Positions 27,015-33,190 of a stretch of DNA of 33,190 bases are shown one piece after another. The DNA lies in the NCBI GenBank assembly GCA_042576345.1, contig JBHPCE010000003.1, forward strand, positions 1 to 33,190, read 5' to 3'. A model generated the notes under the pieces. The model saw only the letters and a program-made list of their open reading frames with translations, had not been told where the DNA came from and made no database searches. Within the stretch, counting starts at the first letter, position 1. The number at the start of each line of letters is the position of its first letter. The position numbers were made by a program, and so were the translations under genes. Source of the stretch: Candidatus Babelota bacterium. GTDB taxonomy: Bacteria; Babelota; Babeliae; Babelales; GCA-2401785.

Positions 27015-27731
27015 TTAAAGAAACTTGTATAAAATTATTGTTAATAATGCAACGAATAATGCGATAACAAATACGCAAAACCTACTAAGATACCCCTCAG
27101 GGATTTCCCCTATCTTCTCTAGAACTTTTTCAAAATCCTGCCTTGAATACTCTGTACGTCCTGTGATATGGTCTTCGAAATAAACTGCGATTTCATCGGC
27201 ATCCTGAGGCAATTCCAGAAATTCGCACAAATTCAAACCATCCTCAGCTACTTTTTTAGCTTCGGCAAATTCAAATCTGTTCATCAATCTTCCTATAAAC
27301 CTCATTCTAGGACCAGGCCAAGACGGCTCTAGCCGAATTACCATTCTGGAATGATACTTCACCTTAGAAAAATTTCTGGAAAGATTCTCTGAATATATCT
27401 CTGTTAAAAGATCATGACAATCGGCGCGATTGGGATCTATTTTTAACGCCTTTTCAAGTAACGATATTTCTTTTAGATCATCCCCCACAAGGTGATAATC
27501 TATTTTTGCAAGCCAAAAAAGTGCATCCACATTATCAGGCTCTAATTCTAGAGCCTTTTCTAAAGGTGGAATAGCCTGCTTATCATCTTCAAAATAATCA
27601 AAAAACAAAAAGCCCTTCTTTACTAATAGTGCCGTATTTTTTAGGTTTCTTTTAAATTCTTCATTTAATCTTGCTATAAATTTTAAACACTCAGAATCAC
27701 TGTAAAAAACATAATTATTAGACATTGACAA
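27015..27731 (-). CDS. TPR protein with C-terminal TM anchor (array member 6)
   Basis: KKGFLFF, EPDNVDALFWLA, DPNRADCH, EPSWP, YFEDHITGR and tail FCVFVIALFVALLTIILY. Confidence 0.85.
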   Translation of the reverse strand: MSMSNNYVFYSDSECLKFIARLNEEFKRNLKNTALLVKKGFLFFDYFEDDKQAIPPLEKALELEPDNVDALFWLAKIDYHLVGDDLKEISLLEKALKIDPNRADCHDLLTEIYSENLSRNFSKVKYHSRMVIRLEPSWPGPRMRFIGRLMNRFEFAEAKKVAEDGLNLCEFLELPQDADEIAVYFEDHITGRTEYSRQDFEKVLEKIGEIPEGYLSRFCVFVIALFVALLTIILYKFL

Positions 27732-27736
27732 GTTCC

Positions 27737-29875
27737 CTACTTGGCCAAAGCATCCTTAACAACTTCTTCTATTTCTCTGGCCAACTTTGTAATCCAATCG
27801 TGATTTCTTTTTTCCAGGGCCCTTGCATAATACTGCTTTGTTTTCTCACTAAATGACATTTTCTTTAAATTTTTAGATTTTTGAATAGCCTCATTTAAAT
27901 GATGCTGTGCCTTCTCAATATCAAATTCTTCATGCAAAAAATAATTTCCCATATTTATGTGTGGTGCTATCCAAGACGGGTTCTTTTCCAGATCCCTTTC
28001 GATCGAATACTCATGCCATTTCCGCCACCCTCTGTACAAACCCTCAACAGCACAAATCATTAAATTTTGATACTCAAGATTCTCTTCATCGATAATGAGA
28101 GCCCTTTCCAAAACCTCCTTAGCGCTTTGTGCATCACCACGACCATAAAGATGTGTCCACGCAAGCCAATAATAAGCCTCAATATTAATATTTTTATCAA
28201 TTTCGATAGCCCTTTCTAATGCAGGACCAGCTTCTCTCGGGCCTTCGAAAACAACTGCGCATAAAGCCCCAAATTCGACTAATGCACCAACATCTTTTGG
28301 ATTACTCCTTAGGTGTTCACTCAAAATATTATATCTTTCCAAATCCCCAGAAGATCCAAGCTCCATGGACAAATCAAATCCATAGTATTTACTGTTATAA
28401 TCACATCCAAAAAAAACCTTCCTTACAAGATTGCTGAAAATACCAACTAATGAACTATTGTAACTATGACCCTTATAATTGATATCACGAGAAAGAATTG
28501 GAATGAGACAAGAGTGATCATATTTTAGTCTAAATTTCTTATAATATCTTTCCATGCATTGTTTGAACTTTATCCGTTCCAGCCCATATTCAATATCTCG
28601 GGCAATTTCAACAGCCCTGCCCGCACCTGCAAAATCTCGTAATAAAAGCCTGTGTTTGCCAATCATGATATGCGACACTAACCACCCTGGATGTTTTTCT
28701 TTCACCATCAATATACTCTCTGCGTTTTTTTCTACATTCCAAAGAAACTTTCGTTCAAAAATTCTGACCATCATGATCTGGAGCTCATAACATTTTCCAT
28801 CTAACCGAAGGGCCTTTTCCAGTATCTTTATTGCTCTTTCCAAATCTATTGGATGTAAGTAAAAGAGTGTTACAACCAACCAAAAATGAGCTTCAATATT
28901 TTTAGGCTCAATTTCAAGGGCACGATTCAAAGCTTTTTTTACTTCCCTAGAACCCTCGAAAATAACCGAACATAGGGCTCCAAATTCAACTAACGCATCT
29001 ACATCATCAGGATTTTTATTGAGATGCGACTTCAATTCTTCAAAACGGTCAACATCTTCATACCAACCAAGATGCATCTTTAAACTAACGAGCTTTTCCT
29101 CTTCCCTCCGTCTTCTTTCTTCAATTTTGTCCTCTCCATCAGCTGATATTGATTTGTAACTGTAAGTAGTATCTCTTTCTGAACTCTTTTTCCAAAAACT
29201 CATTTTTCTTAGCATTGATTTAACAACACCAATATCCGAATTTCGCTCTTTGGCTTCAATAACCGAAGAAAGAATATATGCACCTGAAACTTCTACCAAA
29301 GCTTCCATAAAAATTCTGTAATATCTCTCTGTTCTTCTGCTGTAAAATCTTTTTTTTACCAGCAAATCTTCTAGCCTGTACGCATCTCTCAAAGCACATT
29401 TTGCACCACTAATGTTATTGTGATGTAAAAATGCGTGCCCAAGGTTTATATAAGAAGCAACAAATGACGGATATTTTTTAACATAATCAATTGCCAACTC
29501 AATCTGTACGTCGTGAACAAGGTCTATGGCTTTAGCCAGAAGATATTGTGTATCAAAATTATCTATATCGAGTAAAACAGCTTTCTCTAGATACTTTTTG
29601 GCACTCCCACCATCAGAACAGTCAAATAAATACGTTCTACCAATCCAGTAGTATGCCTCAATATTCTTATCATCCAACTCTATAGCTTTTTTCAAAGCTA
29701 TAATCGCGTCTCCAGGCCCTTCGAAAACAACGGAACACAATGCTCCAAATTCAATCAACGCATCCACATCATCAGGATTACGCTCTAGATGCTCATCAAG
29801 TTCGTATAAACGAGCCTTTTCCTCCAAGGATCCAAAGCGCAGTATTACGCCACCAATCTTCCCTCTAATTATCAA
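27737..29875 (-). CDS. TPR protein made of three fused array units (array member 5)
   Basis: NP.DV.AL.EFGALC.V.FEG occurs three times, each followed by NIEA[YH][YF]W. Confidence 0.85.
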   Translation of the reverse strand: MIIRGKIGGVILRFGSLEEKARLYELDEHLERNPDDVDALIEFGALCSVVFEGPGDAIIALKKAIELDDKNIEAYYWIGRTYLFDCSDGGSAKKYLEKAVLLDIDNFDTQYLLAKAIDLVHDVQIELAIDYVKKYPSFVASYINLGHAFLHHNNISGAKCALRDAYRLEDLLVKKRFYSRRTERYYRIFMEALVEVSGAYILSSVIEAKERNSDIGVVKSMLRKMSFWKKSSERDTTYSYKSISADGEDKIEERRRREEEKLVSLKMHLGWYEDVDRFEELKSHLNKNPDDVDALVEFGALCSVIFEGSREVKKALNRALEIEPKNIEAHFWLVVTLFYLHPIDLERAIKILEKALRLDGKCYELQIMMVRIFERKFLWNVEKNAESILMVKEKHPGWLVSHIMIGKHRLLLRDFAGAGRAVEIARDIEYGLERIKFKQCMERYYKKFRLKYDHSCLIPILSRDINYKGHSYNSSLVGIFSNLVRKVFFGCDYNSKYYGFDLSMELGSSGDLERYNILSEHLRSNPKDVGALVEFGALCAVVFEGPREAGPALERAIEIDKNINIEAYYWLAWTHLYGRGDAQSAKEVLERALIIDEENLEYQNLMICAVEGLYRGWRKWHEYSIERDLEKNPSWIAPHINMGNYFLHEEFDIEKAQHHLNEAIQKSKNLKKMSFSEKTKQYYARALEKRNHDWITKLAREIEEVVKDALAK

Positions 29876-29876
29876 A

Positions 29877-30524
29877 CTATCCCTCGAGTTCCTCTATCTC
29901 ATCTTTCATTTCTTCCAACCACTCTTTATCAATACCTGCCCTACCTGTAACACAATTTTCATAGTATGAATCATAATCAGTCTTAATTTCTGGTTTTATA
30001 GTTTTATTCACTGTACACATTGCTTGCTTTATTTCTTTTCTAGCCTCATCCAATCTCCGCTCCTTAATCAGATAACGGATTAAGGAAATTCTTGGAAATG
30101 GCCAATTAGGCTCTAATTCTATAGCCTTCTTATAATGATTTTCTGCCAGTGTTTTTTGGTTAAATTCATAATATAATATTGATGCTAAGAAGGTATGACA
30201 ATCTGCCCTGAAAGGGTCTATCTTTACTGCCTCCTCTAATACCGTTCGTGTTTTATTTTCATCACAAAACTCATGATAATATGTTTTAGCAAGCCAAAAG
30301 CGAGCTTCAGTATTATCAGGTTCTAACTCAATAACACGGCCCAAACATTCCGTAGCCTCTTCAGGACTCATAAATGGGCCACCGATGCACAAAAATCCTT
30401 TTTCTAAAAGAGCTTCAACATCGTCATGGTTATCACTAATCCTTTTTTCTAAAACTTGCATTCGCTCATTTTGCTTTGCACTCCCGCGCCCTCTGCGCCC
30501 AAAGTGCTTTTCACTGTAATTCAT
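29877..30524 (-). CDS. TPR protein, soluble (array member 4)
   Basis: DDVEALLEKGFL, EPDNTEARFWLA, DPFRADCH, EPNWP and YYENCVTGR. Confidence 0.85.
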   Translation of the reverse strand: MNYSEKHFGRRGRGSAKQNERMQVLEKRISDNHDDVEALLEKGFLCIGGPFMSPEEATECLGRVIELEPDNTEARFWLAKTYYHEFCDENKTRTVLEEAVKIDPFRADCHTFLASILYYEFNQKTLAENHYKKAIELEPNWPFPRISLIRYLIKERRLDEARKEIKQAMCTVNKTIKPEIKTDYDSYYENCVTGRAGIDKEWLEEMKDEIEELEG

Positions 30525-30547
30525 TAGCCATATTAATTACTCTGAAC

Positions 30548-31255
30548 TTATGTAAAAACAGCCCACTTAATTAACTGCCACAGGAAAATGGCCGCACAAA
30601 TTGCCAGCACAAATTTCAATATAAACTTTGAAACTATCGCCCTCACCCTCTTTTCCTCTGCGTCCACCCGCTCCAACCAGTCTTTTAAATGCCAATCGGT
30701 ATAATGAACTCTTCCCGTCACGTAGTCTTCATAGTACCACTCCATCCTACTTGCCGATTTGGGAAGTTCAAACTTTTTATATATCTTTAAACCATCAAGC
30801 AAAGTTTCTTTTACAGCTATAAAGTCACAACACCTCAAAAACTCATCAACCAATTTTATCCTAACATATATCCACGTTGGCTCTTGTTTCAGTGCTTTTT
30901 CCAAATAATGAATAGACTTGTGTGGATCGCTGTCTCTAAAGACTGTTGAAATAATAGAATTGCAGTCAGCTCTGTCAGGATCTATTGACAAAGCTTTTTC
31001 CAACAACTCACGTCTCTTTACATCGTCACCAAGTAAAGCCAAATCTGCATATGCCCTCCAAAAAAGTGCATCAACATTCTTTGGATCAATCTGTATCGCT
31101 CTGTCCAGCGGCGGAAAGGCCATTTCATCATCTTCAAATGCATCGAGACACAAAAAACCTTTTTGGATAAGAAGATCTACATCATCAGGATTTTCCTTCA
31201 GCTGCTCTTCTAACTTATTCAATAATACGCAACACTTTTCTGTTATAGATATCAT
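30548..31255 (-). CDS. TPR protein with C-terminal TM anchor (array member 3); close paralog of 25457..26200
   Basis: The start MISITEK overlaps the upstream stop as ATGA (31252-31255). It shares ETLLDGLKIYKKFELPK.ASRMEWYYEDYVTGRVHYTDWHLKDWLERV with member 8. Confidence 0.85.
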   Translation of the reverse strand: MISITEKCCVLLNKLEEQLKENPDDVDLLIQKGFLCLDAFEDDEMAFPPLDRAIQIDPKNVDALFWRAYADLALLGDDVKRRELLEKALSIDPDRADCNSIISTVFRDSDPHKSIHYLEKALKQEPTWIYVRIKLVDEFLRCCDFIAVKETLLDGLKIYKKFELPKSASRMEWYYEDYVTGRVHYTDWHLKDWLERVDAEEKRVRAIVSKFILKFVLAICAAIFLWQLIKWAVFT

Positions 31256-31962
31256 GAAAAGATATTCCAAATTACCATGAAAATAGTAGTAACCACTAAA
31301 ATAGCACTCAAGAAAAAATACCAAATTCTTCTGTGTATCCTTTTGAGGCAAACATTAAAATCGTACTTTGTGTAATAGGCCCTTCCGGTAACAAAATTTT
31401 CTATGTAAAAAGTCTTCCTATCCGCATCCACAGGCAACTTAAATTCATTGAATAGCCTTAAGCCTTCCAACGTTTCGGATCTAGCCTTAAGCAAACGAAA
31501 ACTCATTATTAAAAGATCGACAAACCAAAGGCGAATATTTGGCCAATTTGGCTCCAAACGCACAGCTTTCTCTAAATTTTCCAAACACCCACTGCTAAAC
31601 CCTTCAATGGAAAACAAAACAGACGCTAAAAGATAACGACAATCGGCACGATTTGGATCAACCTTCAAAGCTCTTATTAAAAACTTTTCAGCGGAACTCA
31701 TATCACCGATACAGTAAAAATGCATACTTGCAAGCCAAAATAAAGCATCGATATTATTTGGATCAAGCTCAATAGCCTTTCTTAAAGCGGGTTCAGCCTC
31801 ACCGTCATCCTCAAAAATTGTTACACATAAAAAGCCCTTTTCGATTAGCAAGTCCACATTATTAGGCTCATTTGACAATCGCTTATTAATACTCTGCAAA
31901 TACCTATGGTCTTCTACACTTCCGAATCTTCTGTCAGCAACCATATCTTCTATATATCCCAA
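31252..31962 (-). CDS. TPR protein with C-terminal TM anchor (array member 2)
   Basis: RFGS, NVDLLIEKGFL, DPNNIDALFWLA, DPNRADC, EPNWP, YIENFVTGR and a hydrophobic tail. Confidence 0.85.
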   Translation of the reverse strand: MGYIEDMVADRRFGSVEDHRYLQSINKRLSNEPNNVDLLIEKGFLCVTIFEDDGEAEPALRKAIELDPNNIDALFWLASMHFYCIGDMSSAEKFLIRALKVDPNRADCRYLLASVLFSIEGFSSGCLENLEKAVRLEPNWPNIRLWFVDLLIMSFRLLKARSETLEGLRLFNEFKLPVDADRKTFYIENFVTGRAYYTKYDFNVCLKRIHRRIWYFFLSAILVVTTIFMVIWNIFS

Positions 31963-31980
31963 ACATTAGGAAAGAGTATT

Positions 31981-32670
31981 TTACCTTCTCCAAAATAAAA
32001 ATTTCTTGAAAAAACTATAAATCCAATGAAAAATCCGATGAAAAAATGATTTTTCCCTACTAACCCTCAAATCCCTAAGTAAACTCGACAAATCATTTTT
32101 TGTATAATGCCCAATACCTGTAACATGCAGTTTATAAAATTCATCCATAAACAGATATTTGGGCTTGAACACAAGGCCTATTTCATCTAATCTCAAACCA
32201 TCGTTTAAAATGTTTTCCGCCATTCCACTAAAACCAAACTCTGCAAGGATATTTGCAAACCTAATCCTTTGTCCAATCCAATATGGCTCAATCTTTATAG
32301 CCCTCTTCATATAAATAATTGCTTTTAAAAAACTCACAATTCTGTTTTGCGTTAAAAAAAATAAAATTTCAGCCAACAAAGCAATACACTCTACGCCATT
32401 TTTATCTATTTCTAGGGCTTCTTCAAGCACATCTTTTGCCTTATAAACGTCTCCATATCCATTGTAATAAACATTTGCCAAAAGAAACCGTGCGTGAATA
32501 TTTTTTTTATCTAACTTAATAGCTTTTATGATTGCAGATGCAGCTTCGGAAGGCTTTTCAAGATCGTAAAATAGCAAAAACCCCTTTTCTAAAAGTAATA
32601 AAAGATCAGCTCCGTCTTTTAGCAATTTTTTATTGATAAGATCCAAACGTGCTAATCCACTTTTGTTCAT
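31981..32670 (-). CDS. TPR protein (array member 1; candidate cognate immunity)
   Basis: LLEKGFLL, KNIHARFLLA, EPYWI, FYKLHVTGI and an aromatic/amphipathic tail. It starts ~40 nt after the toxin-like ORF stop. Confidence 0.82.
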   Translation of the reverse strand: MNKSGLARLDLINKKLLKDGADLLLLLEKGFLLFYDLEKPSEAASAIIKAIKLDKKNIHARFLLANVYYNGYGDVYKAKDVLEEALEIDKNGVECIALLAEILFFLTQNRIVSFLKAIIYMKRAIKIEPYWIGQRIRFANILAEFGFSGMAENILNDGLRLDEIGLVFKPKYLFMDEFYKLHVTGIGHYTKNDLSSLLRDLRVSREKSFFHRIFHWIYSFFKKFLFWRR

Positions 32671-32709
32671 AATTCAACAAATCCTCATCATACATTCATC
32701 ACTCAACCA

Positions 32710-33189
32710 TTAACGAAAATAGCAAATACCATCAATAAACATTGTACCTATATAAATTTGATATCTATGCAAACCCATAAACCTATGAATGATATTACTA
32801 GATAACAACGGATCTATGTGTTTCACTGCCCCCCTTATCACAACGGGATAGCCATTTATAATTCTACATAATTCATAACCACCATTTTCCGCTATTTTTC
32901 CTAGATTCCACGCACTTCTCGCAATACCTACAAATGCATCAGAAACTTCCTTTGTCATTGTCATCATTTGATCTCTCTTAGGATTATCTAAAAGTCTAGT
33001 TGTTTCACTCAATAAATGGAGCCTATGTTTAGCGGCTCCAATTATGTGATCCCACTTATAGCTTTTTAAAACTCTCATTGGCTTATCAACTATTTCCAAA
33101 ATATATTCCTTACATTTTACTCCTTGTCCACCAACCTCCCTAGCTCCCTCAGAAACACGCATAATCTCAGTATGATTTGGATTTAGTAG
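32710..33189 (-). CDS. C-terminal part of a larger protein; putative polymorphic toxin tip (Ntox35-like RNase)
   Basis: The frame is open to the window edge (LLNPNHTEI-MRVS...). WDHIIGAAKH gives an H plus KH motif, followed by PVVIRGAV and IGTMFI near the C-terminus. Confidence 0.5.
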   Translation of the reverse strand, partial: LLNPNHTEIMRVSEGAREVGGQGVKCKEYILEIVDKPMRVLKSYKWDHIIGAAKHRLHLLSETTRLLDNPKRDQMMTMTKEVSDAFVGIARSAWNLGKIAENGGYELCRIINGYPVVIRGAVKHIDPLLSSNIIHRFMGLHRYQIYIGTMFIDGICYFR

Positions 33190-33190
33190 A

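Noticed and set aside
31256-31351. N-terminal extension of the 267-aa TPR ORF
   Set aside because: It overlaps the upstream gene's TM tail, and the ATGA-coupled start at 31255 is more plausible.
1-33190. tRNA, rRNA, IS elements, integrases, CRISPR arrays and the many short antisense ORFs in the track
   Set aside because: No RNA-gene or mobile-element signatures were seen, and the short ORFs lie inside well-supported genes and lack motifs.

Overview
This is an AT-rich bacterial window. Many short signal peptides on novel secreted proteins, a ~490-aa barrel-like protein, a TPR array and eukaryote-like domains suggest a protist-associated intracellular bacterium such as Dependentiae/TM6 (inference). 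From left to right: (1) the 3' part of a large modular gene ending in a macro domain; (2) a secreted paralog interrupted by an in-frame TAA; (3) a short winged-HTH gene (probably a Fic remnant) preceded by 11-bp direct repeats; (4) a probable outer-membrane beta-barrel; (5) two related secreted, membrane-anchored proteins; (6) a GT-C glycosyltransferase; (7) a ~1750-aa putative effector; (8) a surface-glycan cluster (epimerase, GT2, methyltransferase, manC, asnB-like, bi-domain oxidoreductase, wecC, wecB); (9) eight tandem paralogous TPR genes (10 units) directly downstream of a truncated ORF whose C-terminus resembles an Ntox35-type RNase toxin. The ~1750-aa protein has a shared N-terminal domain, ~95-aa degenerate repeats, a ubiquitin-binding-type NZF zinc finger and a C-terminal Josephin-like Cys-His-Asn protease. 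The two best candidate novel systems are a modular family of host-PTM-erasing effectors (DUB or macro tips on a common scaffold) and a polymorphic toxin with a recombining TPR poly-immunity array. All family calls are by visual motif recognition; no searches were run.
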